Assembly: GCA_043228905.1 (NCBI GenBank)
Contig: JBHGNT010000056.1
Coordinates: 62,001 to 126,000 of the forward strand
Source: Azolla caroliniana
Taxonomy: Eukaryota > Plantae > Polypodiophyta
Length of the DNA stretch: 64,000 nucleotides
Direction: 5' to 3'
Shown: in pieces, positions 1-13,000 of the stretch
How positions within the stretch are numbered: the first letter of the stretch is position 1
Layout of the letters: each line of letters opens with the position of its first letter
Made by a program: the position numbers and the translations under genes
The notes under the pieces: generated by a model
The model's input: only the letters and a program-made list of their open reading frames with translations
The model's database searches: none
What the model was told of the DNA's origin: nothing

Positions 1-2049
1 CTCTCGACCTGAGTTTCAAAATCTCGATTTGTTAATTCTATATCATAGCTAGCCTTGTTAGTTTCGATTCGCATGTTTGAACACAGAAATCCGATATCAC
101 ACGAGCCAGGTATGACCATTTTAATTTACTCACTCGCTCTTCTCAACTCCTTCCTCCAACATGCTAATTTCCTCATGTCTTTCGACTTCAGTTTCAAAAA
201 CTTGATTTTTTAATTTTATATCATAGCTATCCTTGTTAGCTTCGATTCGCATGTTTGAACACAGAAATCCGATATCACACGAGCCAGGTATGACCATTTT
301 AATTTACACACACGCTCTTCTCAACTCCCTCCTCAAATATGCTAATTTCTTCATGTCTCTCGACCTGAGTTTCAAAATCTCGATTTTTTAATTCTATATC
401 ATAGCTAGCCTTGTTAGTTTCGATTCGCATGTTTGAACACAGAAATCCGATATCACACGAGCCAGGTATGACCATTTTAATTTACTCACACGCTCTTCTC
501 AACTCCCTCCTCAAATATGCTAATTTCTTCATGTCTCTCGACCTAAGTTTCAAAATCTCGATTTTTTAATTCTATATCATAGCTAGCCTTGTTAGCTTCG
601 ATTCGCATGTTTGAACACAGAAATCCGATATCACAGGAGCCACGTATGACCATTTTAATTTACACACACGCTCTTCTCAACTCCCTCCTCAAATATGCTA
701 ATTTCTTCATGTCTCTCGACCTGAGTTTCAAAATCTCGATTTTTTAATTCTATATCATAGCTAGCCTTGTTAGTTTCGATTCGCATGTTTGAACACAGAA
801 ATCCGATTTCACATGAGCCAGGTATGACCATTTTAATTTACTCACACGCTCTTCTCAACTCCCTCCTCAAATATGCTAATTTCTTCATGTCTCTCGACCT
901 AAGTTTCAAAATCTCGATTTTTTAATTCTATATCATAGCTAGCCTTGTTAGCTTCGATTTGCATGTTTGAACACAGAAATCCGATATCACACGAGCCAGG
1001 TATGACCATTTTAATTTACTCACTGACTCTTCTCAACTCCCTCATCAAATATGCTAATTTCCTCATGTCTCTCACCTGAGTTTCAAAATCTCGATTTTTT
1101 AATTCTATATCATAGCTAGCCTTGTTAGCTTCGATTCGCATGTTTGAACACAGAAATCCGATATCACACGAGCCAGGTATGACCATTTTAATTTACTCAC
1201 TCGCTCTTCTCAACTCCCTCCTCCAGCATGCTAATTTCCTCATGTCTTTCGACGTCAGTTTCGAAATCACGATTTTTTAAGTCTATATCATAGCTAGCCT
1301 TGTTAGTTTCGATTCGCATGTTTGAACACAGAAATCTGATATCACACGAGCCAGGTATGACCATTTTAATTTACTCACACGCTCTTCTCAACTCCCTCCT
1401 CAAATATGCTAATTTCTTCATGTCTCTCGACCTGAGTTTCAAAATCTCGATTTTTTAATTCTATATCATAGCTAGCCTTGTTAGCTTCGATTCGCATGTT
1501 TGAACACAGAAATCCGATATCACACGAGCCAGGTATGACCATTTTAATTTACACACACGCTCTTCTCAACTCCCTCCTCAAATATGCTAATTTCTTCATG
1601 TCTCTCGACCTGAGTTTCAACATCTCGATTTTTTAATTCTATATCATAGCTAGCCTTGTTAGCTTCGATTCGCATGTTTGAACACAGAAATCCGATATCA
1701 CACGAGCCAGGTATGACCATTTTAATTTACTCACTCGCTCTTCTCAACTTCCTCCTCCAACATGCTAATTTCCTCATGTCTTTCGACGTCAGTTTCAAAA
1801 TCTTGATTTTTTAATTCTATATCATAGCAAGCCTTGTTAGTTTCGATTCGCATGTTTGAACACAGAAATCCGATATCACACGAGCCAGGTATGACCATTT
1901 TAATTTACTCACACGCTCTTCTCAACTCCCTCCTCAAATATGCTAATTTCTTCTTGTCTCTCGACCTGAGATTCAAAATCTCGATTTTTTAATTCTATAT
2001 CATAGCTAGCCTTGTTAGCTTCGATTCGCATGTTTGAACACAGAAATCC

Positions 2050-5000
2050 GATATCACACGAGCCAGGTATGACCATTTTAATTTACTCACTCGCTCTTCT
2101 CAACTCCCTCCTCAAATATGCTAATTTCCTCATGTCTCTCGACCTGAGTTTCAAAATCTCGATTTTTTAATTCTATATCATAGCTAGCCTTGTTAGTTTC
2201 GATTCGCATGTTTGAACACAGAAATCCGATATCACACGAGCCAGGTATGACCATTTTAATTTACTCACTCGCTCTTCTCAACTCCTTCCTCCAACATGCT
2301 AATTTCCTCATGTCTTTCGACTTCAGTTTCAAAAACTTGATTTTTTAATTTTATATCATAGCTATCCTTGTTAGCTTCGATTTGCATGTTTGAACACAGA
2401 AATCCGATATCACACGAGCCAGGTATGACCATTTTAATTTACTCACTGGCTCTTCTCAACTCCCTCCTCAAATATGCTAGTTTCCTCATGTCTCTCGACC
2501 TGAGTTTCAAAATCACGATTTTTTAATTCTATATCATAGCTAGCCTTGTTAGTTTCGATTCGCATGTTTGAACACAGAAATCCGATATCACACGAGCCAC
2601 GTATGACCATTTTAATTTACTCACTCGCTCTTCTCAACTCCCTCCTCAAATATGCTAATTTCTTCATGTCTCTCGACCTGAGTTTCAAAATCTCGATTTT
2701 TTTATTCTATATCATAGCTAGCCTTGTTAGTTTCGATTCGCATGTTTGAACACAGAAATCCGATATCACACGAGCCAGGTATGACCATTTTAATTTACTC
2801 ACACGCTCTTCTCAACTCCCTCCTCAAATATGCTAATTTCTTCATGTCTCTCGACCTGAGTTTCAAAATCTCGATTTTTTAATTCTATATCATAGCTAGC
2901 CTTGTTAGCTTCGATTTGCATGTTTGAACACAGAAATCCGATATCACACGAGCCAGGTATGACCATTTTAATTTACTCACACGCTCTTCTCAACTCCCTC
3001 CTCAAATATGCTAATTTCTTCATGTCTCTTGACCTGAGTTTCAAAATCTCGATTTTTTAATTCTATATCATAGCTAGCCTTGTTAGCTTCGATTTGCATG
3101 TTTGAACACAGAAATCCGATATCACACGAGCCAGGTATGACCATTTTAATTTACTCACTCGCTCTTCTCAACTCCCTCCTCAAATATGCTAATTTCCTCA
3201 ATTCTCTCGACCTGAGTTTCAAAATCTCGATTTTTTAATTCTATATCATAGCTAGCCTTGTTAGTTTCGATTCGCATGTTTGAACACAGAAATCCGATAT
3301 CACACGAGCCAGGTATGACCATTTTAATTTACTCACTGGCTCTTCTCAACTCCCTCCTCAAATATGCTAATTTCTTCATGTCTCTCGACCTGAGTTTCAA
3401 AATCTCGATTTTTTTATTCAATATCATAGCTAGCCTTGTTAGTTTCGATTCGCATGTTTGAACACTGAAATCCGATATCACACGAGCCAGGTATGACCAT
3501 TTTAATTTACTCACACGCTCTTCTCAACTCCCTCCTCAAATATGCTAATTTCTTCATGTCTCTCGACCTAAGTTTCAAAATCTCGATTTTTTAATTCTAT
3601 ATCATAGCTAGCCTTGTTAGCTTCGATTCGCATGTTTGAACACAGAAATCCGATATCACACGAGCCAGGTATGACCATTTTAATTTACACACACGCTCTT
3701 CTCAACTCCCTCCTCAAATATGCTAATTTCTTCATGTCTCTCGACCTGAGTTTCAAAATCTCGATTTTTTAATTCTATATCATAGCTAGCCTTGTTAGTT
3801 TCGATTCGCATGTTTGAACACAGAAATCCGATATCACACGAGCCAGGTATGACCATTTTAATTTACTCACTCGCTCTTCTCAACTCCCTCCTCAAATATG
3901 CTAATTTCCTCATGTCTCTCGACCTGAGTTTCAAAATCTCGATTTTTTAATTCTATATCATAGCTAGCCTTGTTAGTTTCGATTCGCATGTTTGAACACA
4001 GAAATCCGATATCACACGAGCCAGGTATGACCATTTTAATTTACTCACTCGCTCTTCTCAACTCCTTCCTCCAACATGCTAATTTCCTCATGTCTTTCGA
4101 CTTCAGTTTCAAAAACTTGATTTTTTAATTTTATATCATAGCTATCCTTGTTAGCTTCGATTTGCATGTTTGAACACAGAAATCCGATATCACACGAGCC
4201 AGGTATGACAATTTTAATTTACTCACTGGCTCTTCTCAACTCCCTCCTCAAATATGCTAGTTTCCTCATGTCTCTCGACCTGAGTTTCAAAATCACGATT
4301 TTTTAATTCTATATCATAGCTAGCCTTGTTAGTTTCGATTCGCATGTTTGAACACAGAAATCCGATATCACACGAGCCACGTATGACCATTTTAATTTAC
4401 TCACACGCTCTTCTCAACTCCCTCCTCAAATATGCTAATTTCTTCATGTCTCTCGACCTGAGTTTCAAAATCTCGATTTTTTTATTCTATATCATAGCTA
4501 GCCTTGTTAGTTTCGATTCGCATGTTTGAACACAGAAATCCGATATCACACGAGCCAGGTATGACCATTTTAATTTACTCACACGCTCTTCTCAACTCCC
4601 TCCTCAAATATGCTAATTTCTTCATGTCTCTCGACCTGAGTTTCAAAATCTCGATTTTTTAATTCTATATCATAGCTAGCCTTGTTAGCTTCGATTTGCA
4701 TGTTTGAACACAGAAATCCGATATCACACGAGCCAGGTATGACCATTTTAATTTACTCACACGCTCTTCTCAACTCCCTCCTCAAATATGCTAATTTCTT
4801 CATGTCTCTTGACCTGAGTTTCAAAATCTCGATTTTTTAATTCTATATCATAGCTAGCCTTGTTAGCTTCGATTTGCATGTTTGAACACAGAAATCCGAT
4901 ATCACACGAGCCAGGTATGACCATTTTAATTTACTCACTGGCTCTTCTCAACTCCCTCCTCAAATATGCTAATTTCCTCAATTCTCTCGACCTGAGTTTC

Positions 5001-5500
5001 AAAATCTCGATTTTTTAATTCTATATCATAGCTAGCCTTGTTAGTTTCGATTCGCATGTTTGAACACAGAAATCCGATATCACACGAGCCAGGTATGACC
5101 ATTTTAATTTACTCACTGGCTCTTCTCAACTCCCTCCTCAAATATGCTAATTTCTTCATGTCTCTCGACCTGAGTTTCAAAATCTCGATTTTTTTATTCA
5201 ATATCATAGCTAGCCTTGTTAGTTTCGATTCGCATGTTTGAACACTGAAATCCGATATCACACGAGCCAGGTATGACCATTTTAATTTACTCACACGCTC
5301 TTCTCAACTCCCTCCTCAAATATGCTAATTTCTTCATGTCTCTCGACCTAAGTTTCAAAATCTCGATTTTTTAATTCTATATCATAGCTAGCCTTGTTAG
5401 CTTCGATTCGCATGTTTGAACACAGAAATCCGATATCACACGAGCCAGGTATGACCATTTTAATTTACACACACGCTCTTCTCAACTCCCTCCTCAAATA
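2050..5500 (+). repeat. Higher-order duplication, 10-mer (1780 bp), ~2 copies
   Basis: Private markers are paired at +1780: CCACGTATG ~2597/4377, CTCAATTCTC ~3197/4977, AACACTGAA 3461/5241. ORF pairs 2546/4326 and 3258/5038 show the same offset. Confidence 0.92.
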
Positions 5501-8500
5501 TGCTAATTTCCTCATGTCTCTCGACCTGAGTTTCAAAATCTCGATTTTTTAATTCTATATCATAGCTAGCCTTGTTAGTTTCGATTCGCATGTTTGAACA
5601 CAGAAATCCGATATCACACGAGCCAGGTATGACCATTTTAATTTACTCACACGCTCTTCTCAACTCCCTCCTCAAATATGCTAATTTCTTCATGTCTCTC
5701 GACCTAAGTTTCAAAATCTCGATTTTTTAATTCTATATCATAGCTAGCCTTGTTAGCTTCGATTCGCATGTTTGAACACAGAAATCCGATATCACACGAG
5801 CCAGGTATGACCATTTTAATTTACACACACGCTCTTCTCAACTCCCTCCTCAAATATGCTAATTTCTTCATGTCTCTCGACCTGAGTTTCAAAATCTCGA
5901 TTTTTTAATTCTATATCATAGCTACCTTGTTAGTTTCGATTCGCATGTTTGAACACAGAAATCCGATATCACACGAGCCAGGTATGACCATTTTAATTTA
6001 CTCACACGCTCTTCTCAACTCCCTCCTCAAATATGCTAATTTCTTCATGTCTCTCGACCTGAGTTTCAAAATCTCGATTTTTTAATTCTATATCATAGCT
6101 AGCCTTGTTAGCTTCGATTTGCATGTTTGAACACAGAAATCCGATATCACACGAGCCAGGTATGACCATTTTAATTTACTCACTCGCTCTTCTCAACTCC
6201 CTCCTCCAGCATGCTAATTTCCTCATGTCTTTCGACGTCAGTTTCGAAATCACGATTTTTTAAGTCTATATCATAGCTAGCCTTGTTAGTTTCGATTCGC
6301 ATGTTTTAACACAGAAATCCGATATCACACGAGCCAGGTATGACCATTTTAATTTACTCACACGCTCTTCTCAACTCCCTCCTCAAATATGCTAATTTCT
6401 TCATGTCTCTCGACCTAAGTTTCAAAATCTCGATTTTTTAATTCTATATCATAGCTAGCCTTGTTAGCTTCGATTCGCATGTTTGAACACAGAAATCCGA
6501 TATCACACGAGCCAGGTATGACCATTTTAATTTACACACACGCTCTTCTCAACTCCCTCCTCAAATATGCTAATTTCTTCATGTCTCTCGACCTGAGTTT
6601 CAAAATCTCGATTTTTTAATTCTATATCATAGCTAGCCTTGTTAGTTTCGATTTGCATGTTTGAACACAGAAATCCGATATCACACGAGCCAGGTATGAC
6701 CATTTTAATTTACTCACTCGCTCTTCTCAACTCCCTCCTCAAATATGCTAATTTCCTCATGTCTTTCGACGTCAGTTTCGAAATCACGATTTTTTAAGTC
6801 TATATCATAGCTAGCCTTGTTAGTTTCGATTCGCATGTTTGAACACAGAAATCCGATATCACACGAGCCAGGTATGACCATTTTAATTTACTCACTGACT
6901 CTTCTCAACTCCCTCCTCAAATATGCTAATTTCCTCATGTCTCTCGACCTGAGTTTCAAAATCTCGATTTTTTAATTCTATATCATAGCTAGCCTTGTTA
7001 GTTTCGATTCGCATGTTTGAACACAGAAATCCGATATCACACGAGCCAGGTATGACCATTTTAATTTACTCACTCGCTCTTCTCAACTCCCTCCTCAAAT
7101 ATGCTAATTTCTTCATGTCTCTCGACCTGAGTTTCAAAATCTCGATTTTTTAATTCTATATCATAGCTAGCCGTGTTAGCTTCGATTTGCATGTTTGAAC
7201 ACAGAAATCCGATATCACACGAGCCAGGTATGACCAATTTAATTTACTCACTGGCTCTTCTCAACTCCCTCCTCAAATATGCTAATTTCCTCATGTCTCT
7301 CACCTGAGTTTCGAAATCTCGATTTTTTAATTCTATATCATAGCTAGCCTTGTTAGTTTCGATTCGCATGTTTGAACACAGAAATCCGATATCACACGAG
7401 CCAGGTATGACCATTTTAATTTACTCACACGCTCTTCTCAACTCCCTCCTCAAATATGCTAATTTCTTCATGTCTCTCGACCTGAGTTTCAAAATCTCGA
7501 TTTTTTAATTCTATATCATAGCTAGCCTTGTTAGCTTCGATTCGCATGTTTGAACACAGAAATCCGATATCACACGAGCCAGGTATTACCATTTTAATTT
7601 ACACACACGCTCTTCTCAACTCCCTCCTCAAATATGCTAATTTCTTCATGTCTCTCGACCTGAGTTTCAAAATCTCGATTTTTTAATTCTATATCATAGC
7701 TAGCCTTGTTAGCTTCGATTTGCATGTTTGAACACAGAAATCCGATATCACACGAGCCAGGTATGACCATTTTAATTTACTCACTGACTGTTCTCAACTC
7801 CCTCCTCAAATATGCTAATTTCCTCATGTCTCTCGACCTGAGTTTCAAACTCACGATTTTTTAATTCTATATCATAGCTAGCCTTGTTAGCTTCGATTCG
7901 CATGTTTGAACACAGAAATCCGATATCACACGAGCCAGGTATGACCATTTTAATTTACTCACTGGCTCTTCTCAACTCCCTCCTCAAATATGCTAATTTC
8001 CTCATGTCTCTCGACCTGAGTTTCAAAATCACGATTTTTTAATTCTATATCATAGCTAGCCTTGTTAGTTTCGATTCGCATGTTTGAACACAGAAATCCG
8101 ATATCACACGAGCCAGGTATGACCATTTTAATTTACTCACTCGCTCTTCTCAACTCCCTCCTCCAGCATGCTAATTTCCTCATGTCTTTCGACGTCAGTT
8201 TCGAAATCACGATTTTTTAAGTCTATATCATAGCTAGCCTTGTTAGTTTCGATTCGCATGTTTGAACACAGAAATCCGATATCACACGAGCCCGGTATGA
8301 CCATTTTAATTTACTCACACGCTCTTCTCAACTCCCTCCTCAAATATGCTAATTTCCTCATGTCTCTCGACCTGAGTTTCAAAATCTCGATTTTTTAATT
8401 CTATATCAGAGCTAGCCTTGTTAGCTTCGATTCGCATGTTTGAACACAGAAATCCGATATCACACGAGCCAGGTATGACCATTTTAATTTACTCACTCGC

Positions 8501-10089
8501 TCTTCTCAACTCCCTCCTCCAGCATGCTAATTTCCTCATGTCTTTCGACGTCAGTTTCAAAAACTTGATTTTTTAATTTTATATCATAGCTATCCTTGTT
8601 AGCTTCGATTTGCATGTTTGAATACAGAAATCCGATATCACACGAGCCAGGTATGACCATTTTAATTTACTCACTGGCTCTTCTCAACTCCCTCCTCAAA
8701 TATGCTAGTTTCCTCATGTCTCTCGACCTGAGTTTCAAAATCACGATTTTTTAATTCTATATCATAGCTAGCCTTGTTAGTTTCGATTCGCATGTTTGAA
8801 CACAGAAATCCGATATCACACGAGCCAGGTATGACCATTTTAATTTACTCACTGGCTCTTCTCAACTCCCTCCTCAAATATGCTAATTTCTTCATGTCTC
8901 TCGACCTGAGTTTCAAAATCTCGATTTTTTAATTCTATATCATAGCTAGCCTTGTTAGTTTCGATTCGCATGTTTGAACACAGAAATCCGATATCACACG
9001 AGCCAGGTATGACCATTTTAATTTACTCACTGGCTCTTCTCAACTCCCTCCTCAAATATGCTAATTTCTTCATGTCTCTCGACCTGAGTTTCAAAATCTC
9101 GATTTTTTAATTCTATATCATAGCTAGCCTTTTTAGCTTCGATTCGCATGTTTGAACACAGAAATCCGATATCACACTAGCCAGGTATGACCATTTTAAT
9201 TTACTCACACGCTCTTCTCAACTCCCTCCTCAAATATGCTAATTTCTTCATGTCTCTCGACCTGAGTTTCAAAATCTCGATTTTTTAATTCTATATCATA
9301 GCTAGCCTTTTTAGCTTCGATTCGCATGTTTGAACACAGAAATCCGATATCACACGAGCCAGGTATGACCATTTTAATTTACTCACTCGCTCTTCTCAAC
9401 TCCCTCCTCCAGCATGCTAATTTCCTCATGTCTTTCGACGTCAGTTTCAAAAACTTGATTTTTTAATTTTATATCATAGCTATCCTTGTTAGCTTCGATT
9501 TGCATGTTTGAACACAGAAATCCGATATCACACGAGCCAGGTATGACCATTTTAATTTACTCACTGGCTCTTCTCAACTCCCTCCTCAAATATGCTAGTT
9601 TCCTCATGTCTCTCGACCTGAGTTTCAAAATCACGATTTTTTAATTCTATATCATAGCTAGCCTTGTTAGTTTCGATTCGCATGTTTGAACACAGAAATC
9701 CGATATCACACGAGCCAGGTATGACCATTTTAATTTACTCACTGGCTCTTCTCAACTCCCTCCTCAAATATGCTAATTTCTTCATGTCTCTCGACCTGAG
9801 TTTCAAAATCTCGATTTTTTAATTCTATATCATAGCTAGCCTTGTTAGCTTCGATTCGCATGTTTGAACACAGAAATCCGATATCACACGAGCCAGGTAT
9901 GACCATTTTAATTTACTCACTGGCTCTTCTCAACTCCCTCATCAAATATGCTAATTTCCTCATGTCTCTCACCTGAGTTTCAAAATCTCGATTTTTTAAT
10001 TCTATATCATAGCTAGCCTTGTTAGCTTCGATTCGCATGTTTGAACACAGAAATCCGATATCACACGAGCCAGGTATGACCATTTTAAT

Positions 10090-13000
10090 TTACTCACTCG
10101 CTCTTTTCAACTCCCTCCTCCAGCATGCTAATTTCCTCATGTCTTTCGACGTCAGTTTCGAAATCACGATTTCTTAAGTCTATATCATAGCTAGCCTTGT
10201 TAGTTTCGATTCGCATGTTTGAACACAGAAATCCGATATCACACGAGCCAGGTATGACCATTTTAATTTACTCACACGCTCTTCTCAACTCCCTCCTCAA
10301 ATATGCTAATTTCTTCATGTCTCTCGACCTGAGTTTCAAAATCTCGATTTTTTAATTCTATATCATAGCTAGCCTTGTTAGCTTCGATTCGCATGTTTGA
10401 ACACAGAAATCCGATATCACACGAGCCAGGTATGACCATTTTAATTTACACACACGCTCTTCTCAACTCCCTCCTCAAATATGCTAATTTCTTCATGTCT
10501 CTCGACCTGAGTTTCAAAATCTCGATTTTTTAATTCTATATCATAGCTAGCCTTGTTAGCTTCGATTCGCATGTTTGAACACAGAAATCCGATATCACAC
10601 GAGCCAGGTATGACCATTTTAATTTACTCACTGGCTCTTCTCAACTCCCTCCTCAAACATGCTAATTTCCTCATGTCTCTCGACCTGAGTTTCAAAATCA
10701 CGATTTTTTAATTCTATATCATAGCTAGCCTTGTTAGTTTCGATTCGCATGTTTGAACACAGAAATCCGATATCACACGAGCCAGGTATGACCATTTTAA
10801 TTTACTCACTCGCTCTTCTCAACTCCCTCCTCCAGCATGCTAATTTCCTCATGTCTTTCGACGTCAGTTTCGAAATCACGATTTTTTAAGTCTATATCAT
10901 AGCTAGCCTTGTTAGTTTCGATTCGCATGTTTGAACACAGAAATCCGATATCACACGAGCCCGGTATGACCATTTTAATTTACTCACACGCTCTTCTCAA
11001 CTCCCTCCTCAAATATGCTAATTTCCTCATGTCTCTCGACCTGAGTTTCAAAATCTCGATTTTTTAATTCTATATCAGAGCTAGCCTTGTTAGCTTCGAT
11101 TCGCATGTTTGAACACAGAAATCCGATATCACACGAGCCAGGTATGACCATTTTAATTTACTCACTCGCTCTTCTCAACTCCCTCCTCCAGCATGCTAAT
11201 TTCCTCATGTCTTTCGACGTCAGTTTCAAAAACTTGATTTTTTAATTTTATATCATAGCTATCCTTGTTAGCTTCGATTTGCATGTTTGAACACAGAAAT
11301 CCGATATCACACGAGCCAGGTATGACCATTTTAATTTACTCACTGGCTCTTCTCAACTCCCTCCTCAAATATGCTAGTTTCCTCATGTCTCTCGACCTGA
11401 GTTTCAAAATCACGATTTTTTAATTCTATATCATAGCTAGCCTTGTTAGTTTCGATTCGCATGTTTAAACACAGAAATCCGATATCACACGAGCCAGGTA
11501 TGACCATTTTAATTTACTCACTGGCTCTTCTCAACTCCCTCCTCAAATATGCTAATTTCTTCATGTCTCTCGACCTGAGTTTCAAAATCTCGATTTTTTA
11601 ATTCTATATCATAGCTAGCCTTGTTAGTTTCGATTCGCATGTTTGAACACAGAAATCCGATATCACACGAGCCAGGTATGACCATTTTAATTTACTCACA
11701 CGCTCTTCTCAACTCCCTCCTCAAATATGCTAATTTCTTCATGTCTCTCGACCTGAGTTTCAAAATCTCGATTTTTTAATTCTATATCATAGCTAGCCTT
11801 GTTAGCTTCGATTTGCATGTTTGAACACAGAAATCCGATATCACACGAGCCAGGTATGACCATTTTAATTTACTCACTGGCTCTTCTCAACTCCCTCCTC
11901 AAATATGCTAATTTCCTCATGTCTCTCGACCTGATTTTCAAAATCTCGATTTTTTAATTCTATATCATAGCTAGCCTTGTTAGTTTCGATTCGCATGTTT
12001 GAACACAGAAATCCGATATCACACGAGCCAGGTATGACCATTTTAATTTACTCACACGCTCTTCTCAACTCCCTCCTCAAATATGCTAATTTCCTCATGT
12101 CTCTCGACCTGAGTTTCAAAATCTCGATTTTTTAATTCTATATCAGAGCTAGCCTTGTTAGCTTCGATTCGCATGTTTGAACACAGAAATCCGATATCAC
12201 ACGAGCCAGGTATGACCATTTTAATTTACACAAACGCTCTTCTCAACTCCCTCCTCAAATATGCTAATTTCTTCATGTCTCTCGACCTGAGTTTCAAACT
12301 CACGATTTTTTAATTCTATATCATAGCTAGCCTTGTTAGCTTCGATTCGCATGTTTGAACACAGAAATCCGATATCACACGAGCCAGGTATGACCATTTT
12401 AATTTACTCACTGGCTCTTCTCAACTCCCTCCTCAAATATGCTAATTTCCTCATGTCTCTCGACCTGAGTTTCAAAATCACGATTTTTTAATTCTATATC
12501 ATAGCTAGCCTTGTTAGTTTCGATTCGCATGTTTGAACACAGAAATCCGATATCACACGAGCCAGGTATGACCATTTTAATTTACTCACTCGCTCTTCTC
12601 AACTCCCTCCTCCAGCATGCTAATTTCCTCATGTCTTTCGACGTCAGTTTCGAAATCACGATTTCTTAAGTCTATATCATAGCTAGCCTTGTTAGTTTCG
12701 ATTCGCATGTTTGAACACAGAAATCCGATATCACACGAGCCAGGTATGACCATTTTAATTTACTCACACGCTCTTCTCAACTCCCTCCTCAAATATGCTA
12801 ATTTCTTCATGTCTCTCGACCTGAGTTTCAAAATCTCGATTTTTTAATTCTATATCATAGCTAGCCTTGTTAGCTTCGATTCGCATGTTTGAACACAGAA
12901 ATCCGATATCACACGAGCCAGGTATGACCATTTTAATTTACACACACGCTCTTCTCAACTCCCTCCTCAAATATGCTAATTTCTTCATGTCTCTCGACCT

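Noticed and set aside
55-115. CENP-B box
   Set aside because: TTCG occurs, but the TTCG-N4-A-N2-CGGG pattern is not matched on either strand, including in the GCCCGG variant.
129-137. Hypervariable CAC[TC/AC/TG]G site as a coded or programmed diversification signal
   Set aside because: Allele order is copied along with the duplicated blocks, so inheritance and recombination explain it. No diversifying machinery is present.
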